Shown piece after piece: positions 1 to 12,000 of a stretch of 64,000 bases of DNA. The DNA comes from Chrysomallon squamiferum (Eukaryota > Animalia > Mollusca): positions 1 through 64,000 of the forward strand of contig CM022671.1 in NCBI GenBank assembly GCA_012295275.1. The letters run 5' to 3'. Each line of letters begins with the position of its first letter. Position 1 is the first letter of the stretch. Below the pieces are notes generated by a model. It was not told the DNA's origin and searched no databases. It saw only the letters and a program-made list of their open reading frames with translations. The position numbers were made by a program, and so were the translations under genes.

Positions 1-3000
1 AATATTTCCGACGTGTGCAAAGGTGCGCGCCGTCAGGGCGAGTGTGGCAAAAACGTTTCCAACATTTACCAAAGGTGCTGCACCTTTTGAAAATGCGTTT
101 GAAAAAAAACGAGCAAATTTTCAAAAATATGTGCGTTTTTTGTGCACGTGTCGGAAACGAGTTGTTCCCCTTGGGTGGCGCGTGCGGCACTTTTCACCCG
201 TGTCGGGCAACCCTTGCCCCACTTTTGGGTATGTGCGCCCGATTTTCCCACGTGCTCGGAAAAGTTATTGCACTTTGAAAAAAGGTACCCCTAGCATTTT
301 CAACGAAACTTGAAAAATTCGATTTTCAAAGTTGAAAATCCGTGTGGCACTTTTCCGTTTGGTCGGGAAAAATATTTCGACGTGTGCAAAACGTGCGCGC
401 CGTCCGGGGCGGGGTGTGTGGCAAAAAAAAACGTTTCCAACATTTACCAAAGGTGCTGCACCTTTTGAAAATGCGTTTGAAAAAAAAAAGAGCAAATTTT
501 CAAAACATGTGCGTTTTTGTGCACGTGTCGGAAACAGTTGTTCCCCTTAGGGTGGGGCGTGCGGCACTTTTGACCCGTGTCGGGCAACCCTTGCCCCCTT
601 TTGGGTATGTGCGCCCGATTTTTCCCACGTGCTCGGAAAAAGTTATTGCACTTTGAAAAAGGTACCCCTAGCATTTTCAACGAAACTTGAAAAAATTCGA
701 TTTTCAAAAGTTGAAAATCCGTGTGGCACTTTTCCGTTTGGTCGGGAAAAATATTTCGACGTGTGCAAAACGTGCGCGCCGTCGGGGCGAGTGTGGCAAA
801 AACGTTTCCAACATTTACCAAAGGTGCTGCACCTTTTGAAAATGCGTTTGAAAAAAAAACGAAATTTTTTTCAAAACATGTGCGTTTTTGTGTGCGTGTC
901 GGAAACAGAGTTGTTCCCCTTGGGTGGGGCGTGCGGCACTTTTGACCCGTGTCGGGCAACCCTTGCCCCACTTTTGGGTATGTGCGCCCGATTTTTCCCA
1001 CGTGCTCGGAAAAAGTTATTGCACTTTGAAAAAGGTACCCCTAGCATTTTCAACGAAACTTGAAAAAATTCGATTTTCAAAAGTTGAAAATCCGTGTGGC
1101 ACTTTTCCGTTTGGTCGGGAAAAATATTTCGACGTGTGCAAAACGTGCGCGCCGTCGGGGCCGGTGTGGTGGCAAAAAACGTTTCCAACATTTACCAAAG
1201 GTGCTGCACCTTTTGAAAATGCGTTTGAAAAAAAAAAGAGCAAATTTTTTCAAAACATGTGCGTTTTTGTGCACGTGTCGGAAACGAGTTGTTCCCCCCC
1301 TTGGGTGGGCGTGCGGCACTTTTGACCCGTGTCGGGCAACCCTTGCCCCACTTTTGGGTATGTGCGCCCGATTTTTCCCACGTGCTCGGAAAAAGTTATT
1401 GCACTTTGAAAAAGGTACCCCTAGCATTTTCAACGAAACTTGAAAAAATCGATTTTCAAAAGTTGAAAATCCGTGTGGCACTTTCCGTTTGGTCGGGAAA
1501 AATATTTCGACGTGTGCAAAACGTGCGCGCCGTCGGGGGCGGCGAGTGTGCCAAAAACGTTTCCAACATTTACCAAAGGTGCTGCACCTTTTGAAAATGC
1601 GTTTGAAAAAAAAACGAGCAAATTTTCAAAACATGTGCGTTTTTTGTGCACGTGTCGGAAACGAGTTGTTCCCCTTGGGTGGGGCGTGCGGCACTTTTGA
1701 CCCGTGTCGGGCAACCCTTGCCCCACTTTTGGGTATGTGCGCCCGATTTTTCCCACGTGCTCGGAAAAAGTTATTGCACTTTGAAAAAAAGTACCCCTAG
1801 CATTTTCAACGAAACTTGAAAAAATTCGATTTTCAAAGTTGAAAATCCGTGTGGCACTTTCCGTTTGGTCGGGAAAAATATTTCGACGATGTGCAAAAAA
1901 CGCGCGCGCCGTCGGGGCGAGAGTGTGGCAAAAACGTTTCCAACATTTACCAAAGGTGCTGCACCTTTTGAAAATGCGTTTGAAAAAAAAAAACGAGCAA
2001 ATTTTCAAAAACATGTGCGTTTTTTGCACGTGTCGGAAACAGTTGTTCCCCTTAGGTGGGGCGTGCGGCACTTTTTTGACCCGTGTCGGGCAACCCTTGC
2101 CCCACTTTTGGGTATGTGCGCCCGATTTTTTTTCCGTGCTCGGAAAAAAATTATTGCACTTTGAAAAAAACCCCCCTAGCATTTTCAACGAAACTTGAAA
2201 AAATTCGATTTTCAAAGTTGAAAATCCGTGTGGCACTGTTCCGTTTGGTCGGGAAAAATATTTCGACGTGTGCAAAAACGTGCGCGCCGTCGGGGCGAGT
2301 GTGGCAAAAACGTTTCCAACATTTACCAAAGGTGCTGCACCTTTTGAAAATGCGTTTGAAAAAAAAAAAGCAAATTTTCAAAACATGTGCGTTTTTTGCA
2401 CGTGTCGGAAACAGTTTGTTCCCCTTTGGGGCGTGCGCGCACTTTTGACCCGTGTCGGGCAACCCTTGCCCCACTTTTTTTTGTATGTGCGCCCGATTTT
2501 TCCCACGTGCTCGGAAAAAAAGTTATTGCACTTTGAAAAAAAATTACCCCTAGCATTTTCAACGAAACTTGAAAAAATTCGAATTTCAAAGTTGAAAATC
2601 CGTGTGGCACTTTCCGTTTGGTCGGGAAAAATATTTCGACGTGTGCAAAAAAACGCGCGCCGTCGGGGCGAGTGTGGCAAAAAAAAAAACAACATTTACC
2701 AAAGGTGCTGCACCTTTTGAAAATGCGTTTGAAAAAAACGAACAAATTTTCAAAATGCGTTTTTTTGAAAAAAAAAAACAAATTTTTCCTGGGGTGCGTT
2801 TTTTTGCACGTGTCGGGCAAACAAAGTTTGTGCCCCGCCCCGTTTCCCACGTGCTCGGAAAAAAAGTTATTGCCTTTGAAAAGGTTTTGACGAAACTTGA
2901 AAAATTCGATTTTCAAAGTTTTTGGTATTTCCGCCCGGTCGGGAAAATATTTCGACGTTTTGCAAAACGTGCGCGCCGTCGGAAAAAAAAGGTGTTGCAC

Positions 3001-6000
3001 CTTTTGAAAATTTTGAAAAAAAACGAAAAATTTTCAAAAAATGTGCGTTTTTGTGCCCCTTTTTCAACCCGTGTCAAACCCCTTGAAAAATTCGATTTCA
3101 AAGTTGAAAATCCGTGTGGAAAAATTCCCCTTCCATTTTCAACGGGAAAAATTCGATTTTCAAAATTTCGAAAATCCGTGCAAAAAAAAATCGGGAAAAA
3201 TATTTCGACGTGTGCAAAACGTGCGCGCCGTCGTCCGGGGGGCGTGTGGCAAAAACGTTTCCAACATTTTCCAAAGGTGCTGCACCTTTTGAAAATGCGT
3301 TTGAAAAAAAAAAAAAAAATTTTTTTTTTTGTGCGTTTTTTGTGCACGTGTCGGAAACGAGTTGTTCCCCTTAGGGTGGGGCGTGCGGCACTTTTGACCC
3401 GTGTCGGGCAACCCTTGCCCCACTTTTGGGTATGTGCGCCCGATTTTTTCCCGTGCTCGGAAAAAGTTATTGCACTTTGAAAAAGGTACCCTAGCATTTT
3501 CAACAACGAAACTTGAAAAAATTCGATTTTCAAAGTTGAAAATCCGTGTGGCACTTTTCCGTTTGGTCGGGAAAAATATTTCGACGTGTGCAAAACGTGC
3601 GCGCCGTCGGGGCGAGTGTGGCAAAACGTTTCCAACATTTTACCAAAGGTGCTGCACCTTTTGAAAATGCGTTTGAAAAAAAAAAGCAAATTTTCAAAAA
3701 CATGTGCGTTTCTTTGTGCACGTGTCGGAAACAGAGTTGTTCCCCCTTAGGGGGGTGCGGCGGCTTTTTTTGTGTCGGGCAACCCAACCCCCCTTTTTTT
3801 TATTTATGTGCGCCGATTTTTTTCCACGTGCTCGGAAAAAAAGTTATTGCACTTTGAAAAAAAAAAGTACCCTAGCATTTTCAACGAAACTTGAAAAAAT
3901 TCGATTTTCAAAGTTGAAAATCCGTGTGTTCCGTTTTGGTCGGGAAAAATATTTCGACGATGTGCAAAACGTGCGCGCCGTCGGGCGCGGTGTGGCAAAA
4001 AAAACGTTTCCAACATTTACCAAAGGTGCTGCACCTTTTGAAAATGCGTTTGAAAAAAAAAAAGCAAATTTTCAAAAATGTGCGTTTTTGTGCGTGTCGG
4101 AAACGAGTTGTTCCCCCTTAGGTGGGGCGTGCGGCACTTTTTTGACCCGTGTCGGGCAACCCTTGCCCCTTTTGGGTATGTGCGCCCGATTTTTCCCGTG
4201 CTCGGAAAAAAAGTTATTGCACTTTGAAAAAGGTACCTAGCATTTTCAACGAAACTTGAAAAAAAATCGATTTTCAAAGTTGAAAATCCGTGTGGCACTT
4301 TTCCGTTTGGTCGGGAAAAATATTTCGACGTGTGCAAAACGTGCGCGCCGTCGTCGGGGGGGCGGTGTGTGGCAAAAAAAACGTCCAACATTTACCAAAG
4401 GTGCTGCACCTTTTGAAAATGCGTTTGAAAAAAAAAACAAACAAATTTTCAAAAACATGTGCGTTTTTTGCACGTGTCGGAAACGAGTTGTTCCCCTTGG
4501 GTGGGGCGTGCGGCACTTTTGACCCCCGTGTCGGGCAACCCCCCCCCCCCTTTTGGTATGTGCGCCCGATTTTTCCCGTGCTCGGAAAAAGTTATTGCAC
4601 TTTGAAAAAAAAGGTACCCCTAGCATTTTCAACGAAACTTGAAAAATTCGATTTTCAAAGTTGAAAATCCGTGTGGCACTTTTCCGTTTGGTCGGGAAAA
4701 ATATTTCGACGTGTGCAAAAAAAAATGCGCGCCGTCGTCCGGGCGGGGTGGGCAAAAAAACGTTTCCAACATTTACCAAAGGTGCTGCACCTTTTGAAAA
4801 TGCGTTTGAAAAAAAAAAGAGCAAATTTTCAAAAACATGTGCGTTTTTTGTGCACGTGTCGGAAACGAGTTGTTCCCCTTGGGTGGGGCGTGCGGCACTT
4901 TTGACCCGTGTCGGGCAACCCTTGCCCCACTTTTGGGTATGTGCGCCCGATTTTTCCCACGTGCTCGGAAAAAGTTATTGCACTTTGAAAAAGGTACCCC
5001 TAGCATTTTCAACAAAGAAAAAAAGTGAAAAATTCGATTTTCAAAAAATATGAAAATCCGTGTGGCAAAGTTTCCGTTTGGTCGGGAAAAATATTTCGAC
5101 GATGTGCAAAAACGTGCGCGCCGTCGGGGGCGGGCGTGTGGCAAAAAAACGTTTCCAACATTTACCAAAGGTGCTGCACCTTTTGAAAATGCGTTTGAAA
5201 AAAAAAAGAAAAAATTTTCAAAAAAATGTGCGTTTTTTTGCACGTGTCGGAAACAGTTGTTCCCCCCTTGGGTGGGGCGTGCGGCACTTTTGACCCGTGT
5301 CGGGCAACCCCCCTTTTTTTGGTATGTGCGCCCGATTTTTCCCACGTGCTCGGAAAAAGTTATTGCACTTTGAAAAAAAAGTACCCCTAGCATTTTCAAC
5401 GAAACTTGAAAAAATTCGATTTTCAAAGTTGAAAATCCGTGTGGCACTTTTCCGTTTGGTCGGGAAAAATATTTCGACGTGTGCAAAACGTGCGCGCCGT
5501 CGGGGCGAGTGTGGCAAAAACGTTTCCAACATTTACCAAAGGTGCTGCACCTTTTGAAAATGCGTTTGAAAAAAAAACGAACAAATTTTCAAAAACATGT
5601 GCGTTTTTTGTGCACGTGTCGGAAACAGGTTGTTCCCCTTGGGTGGGGCGTGCGGCACTTTTGACCCGTGTCGGGCAACCCTTGCCCCACTTTTGGGTAT
5701 GTGCGCCCGATTTTTCCCGAGCTCGGAAAAAAAAAAAAGTATTGCACTTTGAAAAAGGTACCCCTAGCATTTTCAACGAAACTTGAAAAAATTCGATTTT
5801 CAAAAGTTGAAAATCCGTGTGGCACTGTTCCGTTTGGTCGGGAAAAATATTTCGACGTGTGCAAAAGCGTGCGCGCCGTCGGGGCGAGTGTGGCAAAAAC
5901 GTTTCCAACATTTACCAAAGGTGCTGCACCTTTTGAAAATGCGTTTGAAAAAAAAACGAGCAAATTTTCAAAAACATGTGCGTTTTTTGTGCACGTGTCG

Positions 6001-9000
6001 GAAACGAGTTGTTCCCCTTGGGTGGGGCGTGCGGCACTTTTGACCCGTGTCGGGCAACCCTTGCCCTTTTGGGTATGTGCGCCCGATTTTTCCCACGTGC
6101 TCGGAAAAAGTTATTGCACTTTGAAAAAAAGGTACCCCTAGCATTTTCAACGAAACTTGAAAAATTCGATTTTCAAAGTTGAAAATCCGTGTGGCACTAT
6201 TCCGTTTGGTCGGGAAAAATATTTCGACGATGTGCAAAAAAAAAACGTGCGCGCCGTCGGGGCGAGTGTGGCAAAAACGTTTCCAACATTTACCAAAGGT
6301 GCTGCACCTTTTTTTGAAATGCGTTTGAAAAAAAAAAACGAGCAAATTTTCAAAAACATGTGCGTTTTTTGTGCACGTGTCGGAAACGAGTTGTTCCCCT
6401 TGGGTGGGGCGTGCGGCACTTTTGACCCGTGTCGGGCAACCCTTGCCCCACTTTTGGGTATGTGCGCCCGATTTTTCCCACGTGCTCGGAAAAAGTTATT
6501 GCACTTTGAAAAAGGTACCCCTAGCATTTTCAACGAAACTTGAAAAAATTCGATTTTCAAAAGTTGAAAATCCGTGTGGCACTTTTCCGTTTGGTCGGGA
6601 AAAATATTTCGACGTGTGCAAAAGGTGCGCGCCGTCGGGGCGAGTGTGGCAAAAACGTTTCCAACATTTACCAAAGGTGCTGCACCTTTTGAAAATGCGT
6701 TTGAAAAAAAAACGAGCAAATTTTCAAAAACATGTGCGTTTTTTGTGCACGTGTCGGAAACGAGTTGTTCCCCTTGGGTGGGGCGTGCGGCACTTTTGAC
6801 CCGTGTCGGGCAACCCTTGCCCCACTTTTGGGTATGTGCGCCCGATTTTTCCCACGTGCTCGGAAAAAGTTATTGCACTTTGAAAAAAAATTACCCCCTA
6901 GCATTTTCAACGAAACTTGAAAAAAAATCGATTTTCAAAAGTTGAAAATCCGTGTGGCACTGTTCCGTTTGGTCGGGAAAAATATTTCGACGTGTGCAAA
7001 AGCGTGCGCGCCGTCGGGGCGAGTGTGGCAAAAACGTTTCCAACATTTACCAAAGGTGCTGCACCTTTTGAAAATGCGTTTGAAAAAAAAACGAGCAAAT
7101 TTTCAAAAACATGTGCGTTTTTTGTGCACGTGTCGGAAACGAGTTGTTCCCCTTGGGTGGGGCGTGCGGCACTTTTGACCCGTGTCGGGCAACCCTTGCC
7201 CCACTTTTGGGTATGTGCGCCCGATTTTTCCCACGTGCTCGGAAAAAGTTATTGCACTTTGAAAAAGGTACCCCTAGCATTTTCAACGAAACTTGAAAAA
7301 ATTCGATTTTCAAAAGTTGAAAATCCGTGTGGCACTTTTCCGTTTGGTCGGGAAAAATATTTCGACGTCTGTGCAAAACGTGCGCGCCGTCGGGGGGGGC
7401 GGTGTGGCGAACAAAAACGTTTCCAACATTTACCAAAGGTGCTGCACCTTTTGAAAATGCGTTTGAAAAAAAAAAAGCAAATTTTCAAAAACATGTGCGT
7501 TTTTTGTGCACGTGTCGGAAACGAGTTGTTCCCCTTGGGTGGGGCGTGCGGCACTTTTGACCCGTGTCGGGCAACCCTTGCCCCACTTTTGGGTATGTGC
7601 GCCCGATTTTTCCCACGTGCTCGGAAAAAGTTATTGCACTTTGAAAAAGGTACCCCTAGCATTTTCAACGAAACTTGAAAAATTCGATTTTCAAAGTTGA
7701 AAATCCGTGTGGCACTATTCCGTTTGGTCGGGAAAAAAAAAATTTCGACGTGTGCAAAACGCGCGCGCCGTCGGGGCGGGCGATGTGGCAAAAAAAAAAC
7801 GTTTCCAACAACATTTACCAAAGGTGCTGCACCTTTTGAAAATGCGTTTGAAAAAAAAAAACGAGCAAATTTTCAAAAACATGTGCGTTTTTTGTGCACG
7901 TGTCGGAAACGAGTTGTTCCCCTTGGGTGGGGCGTGCGGCACTTTTGACCCGTGTCGGGCAACCCCTTGCCCCTTTTTTTGTATGTGCGCCCGATTTTTT
8001 TTCCGTGCTCGGAAAAAAAATTGCACTTTGAAAAAAATTACCCCTAGCATTTTCAACGAAACTTGAAAAATTCGATTTTCAAAAGTTGAAAATCCGTGTG
8101 GCACTTTTTCCGTTTGGTCGGGAAAAATATTTCGACGATGTGCAAAACGTGCGCGCCGTCGGGGCGAGTGTGGCAAAAAAAACGTTTCAACATTTACCAA
8201 AGGTGCTGCACCTTTTTTGAAATGCGTTTGAAAAAAAAAAGCAAATTTTCAAAAACATGTGCGTTTTTTGTGCACGTGTCGGAAACGAGTTGTTCCCCTT
8301 GGGTGGGGCGTGCGGCACTTTTGACCCGTGTCGGGCAACCCTTGCCCCACTTTTGGGTATGTGCGCCCGATTTTTCCCACGTGCTCGGAAAAAGTTATTG
8401 CACTTTGAAAAAGGTACCCCTAGCATTTTCAACGAAACTTGAAAAATTCGATTTTCAAAAGTTGAAAATCCGTGTGGCACTGTTCCGTTTGGTCGGGAAA
8501 AATATTTCGACGTGTGCAAAAAAACGTGCGCCGTCGTCGGGCGAAGTGTGGCAAAAAAAACGTTTCCAACATTTACCAAAGGTGCTGCACCTTTTTTTGA
8601 AAATGCGTTTGAAAAAAAAAAAAAATTTTTTCAAAAACATGTGCGTTTTTTTTTGTGCGTGTCGGAAACGAGTTGTTCCCCCCTTAGGTGGGGCGTGCGG
8701 CACTTTTTTGACCCGTGTCGGGCAACCCTTGCCCCACTTTTGGGTATGTGCGCCCGATTTTTCCCACGTGCTCGGAAAAAGTTATTGCACTTTGAAAAAG
8801 GTACCCCTAGCATTTTCAACGAAACTTGAAAAAATTCGATTTTCAAAAGTTGAAAATCCGTGTGGCTTTTTCCGTTTGGTCGGGAAAAATATTTCGACGT
8901 GTGCAAAACGTGCGCGCCGTCGGGGCGAGTGTGGCAAAAACGTTTCCAACATTTACCAAAGGTGCTGCACCTTTTGAAAATGCGTTTGAAAAAAAAACGA

Positions 9001-12000
9001 GCAAATTTTCAAAAACATGTGCGTTTTTTTTGCACGCACGTGTCGGAAACAGAGTTTCCCCCCTTGGGTGGGGCGTGCGGCACTTTTGACCCGTGTCGGG
9101 CAACCCAACCCCACTTTTTTTTTATGTGCGCCCCCGATTTTTCCCACGTGCTCGGAAAAAGTTATTGCACTTTGAAAAAGGTACCCCTAGCATTTTCAAC
9201 GAAACTTGAAAAAATTCGATTTTCAAAAGTTGAAAATCCGTGTGGCACTTTTCCGTTTGGTCGGGAAAAATATTTCGACGTGTGCAAAAGGGCGCGCCGT
9301 CGGGGCGAGTGTGGGAAAAACGTTTCCAACATTTACCAAAGGTGCTGCACCTTTTGAAAATGCGTTTGAAAAAAAAACGAGCAAATTTTCAAAAAATGTG
9401 CGTTTTTTTTGTGCACGTGTCGGAAACGAGTTGTTCCCCTTAGGTGGGGCGTGCGGCACTTTTGACCCGTGTCGGGCAACCCCCTGCCCCACTTTTTTTT
9501 GTATGTGCGCCCGATTTTTCCCCGTGTGCTCGGAAAAAGTTATTGCACTTTGAAAAAAAGGTACCCCTAGCATTTTCAACGAAACTTGAAAAAAAAATTC
9601 GATTTTCAAAGTTGAAAATCCGTGTGGCACTATTCCGTTTGGTCGGGAAAAATATTTCGACGATGTGCAAAACGTGCGCGCCGTCGTCGGGGCGAGTGTG
9701 GCAAAAACGTTTCCAACATTTACCAAAGGTGCTGCACCCCTAAAAATGCGTTTGAAAAAAAACGAGCAAATTTTCAAAAAAAACATGTGCGTTTTTGTGC
9801 ACGTGTCGGAAACGAGTTGTTCCCCTTGGGTGGGGCGTGCGGCACTTTTGACCCGTGTCGGGCAACCCTTGCCCCACTTTTTTGTATGTGCGCCCGATTT
9901 TTCCCACGTGCTCGGAAAAAGTTATTGCACTTTGAAAAAGGTACCCCTAGCATTTTCAACGAAACTTGAAAAAATTCGATTTTCAAAAGTTGAAAATCCG
10001 TGTGGCACTATTCCGTTTGGTCGGGAAAAATATTTCGACGTGTGCAAAAGGTGCGCGCCGTCGGGGCGAGTGTGGCAAAAACGTTTCCAACATTTACCAA
10101 AGGTGCTGCACCTTTTGAAAATGCGTTTGAAAAAAAAACGAGCAAATTTTCAAAAACATGTGCGTTTTTTGTGCACGTGTCGGAAACGAGTTGTTCCCCT
10201 TGGGTGGGGCGTGCGGCACTTTTGACCCGTGTCGGGCAACCCTTGCCCCCCTTTTTTGGGTATGTGCGCCCGATTTTTCCCCGTGTGCTCGGAAAAAGTT
10301 ATTGCACTTTGAAAAAAAAAGTACCCCTAGCATTTTCAACGAAACTTGAAAAAATTCGATTTTCAAAAGTTGAAAATCCGTGTGGCACTATTCCGTTTGG
10401 TCGGGAAAAATATTTCGACGTGTGCAAAAAACGTGCGCCGTCCGGGGGGGGGGAAAAAAAAAACGTTTCAACATTTACCAAAGGTGCTGCACCTTTTTTT
10501 GAAAATGCGTTTGAAAAAAACGAGCAAATTTTTTTCAAAACATGTGCGTTTTTTTGTGCACGTGTCGGAAACGAGTTTGTTCCCCTTGGGTGGGGCGTGC
10601 GGCACTTTTGACCCGTGTCGGGCAACCCCCTGCCCCTTTTGGGGGTATGTGCGCCCGATTTTTCCCACGTGCTCGGAAAAAGTTATTGCACTTTGAAAAA
10701 AGAACCCTAGCATTTTCAACGAAACTTGAAAAAATTCGATTTTTCAAAAATTCGATTTTCAAAGTTGAAAATCCGTGTGGCACTTCCGTTTGGTCGGGAA
10801 AAAAAAATTTCGACGATGTGCAAAACAAAGTGCGCGCCGTCCGTCGGGGCGAGTGTGGCAAAAACGTTTCCAACATTTACCAAAGGTGCTGCACCTTTTG
10901 AAAATGCGTTTGAAAAAAAAAAAAAAAAAATTTTTTCAAAAAAAATGTGCGTTTTTTTTGCGTGTCGGTCGGAAACGAGTTGTTCCCCCCCTTATTGGGG
11001 CGTGCGGCACTTTTGACCCGTGTGTCGGGCAACCCTTGCCCCACTTTTGGGTGTGCGCGCCGATTTTTTTCCCACGTGCTCGGAAAAAGTTATTGCACTT
11101 TGAAAAAGGTACCCCTAAAAATTTTCAACGAATTTTCAACGAAACTTGAAAAATCGATTTTCAAAGTTGAAAATCCGTGTGTGGCACTTTCCGTTTGGTC
11201 GGGAAAAATATTTCGACGTGTGCAAAAGGTGCGCGCCGTCGTCCGGGCGAGTGTGGCAAAAAAACGTTTCCAACATTTACCAAAGGTGCTGCACCTTTTG
11301 AAAATGCGTTTGAAAAAAAAAACGAGCAAATTTTCAAAAACATGTGCGTTTTTTGTGCACGTGTCGGAAACGAGTTGTTCCCCTTGGGTGGGGCGTGCGG
11401 CACTTTTGACCCGTGTCGGGCAACCCTTGCCCCACTTTTGGGTATGTGCGCCCGATTTTTCCCACGTGCTCGGAAAAAGTTATTGCACTTTGAAAAAGGT
11501 ACCCCTAGCATTTTCAACGAAACTTGAAAAAATTCGATTTTCAAAAGTTGAAAATCCGTGTGGCACTATTCCGTTTGGTCGGGAAAAATATTTCGACGTG
11601 TGCAAAACGGTGCGCGCCGTCGGGGCGAGTGTGGCAAAAACGTTTCCAACATTTACCAAAGGTGCTGCACCTTTTGAAAATGCGTTTGAAAAAAAAACGA
11701 GCAAATTTTCAAAAACATGTGCGTTTTTTGTGCACGTGTCGGAAACGAGTTGTTCCCCTTGGGTGGGGCGTGCGGCACTTTTGACCCGTGTCGGGCAACC
11801 CTTGCCCCATTTTTTGGAATGTGCGCCCGATTTTTCCCACGTGCTCGGAAAAGTTATTGCACTTTGAAAAAGGTACCCCTAGCATTTTCAACGAAACTTG
11901 AAAAAAATTCGATTTTCAAAGTTGAAAATCCGTGTGGCACTATTCCGTTTGGTCGGGAAAAATATTTCGACGTGTGCAAAAAAAAATGCGCCGTCGTCGG

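Noticed and set aside
2690-3330. Apparently rearranged satellite monomers or a higher-order repeat
   Set aside because: Scrambled fragments with inflated homopolymers look like consensus failure rather than biology.
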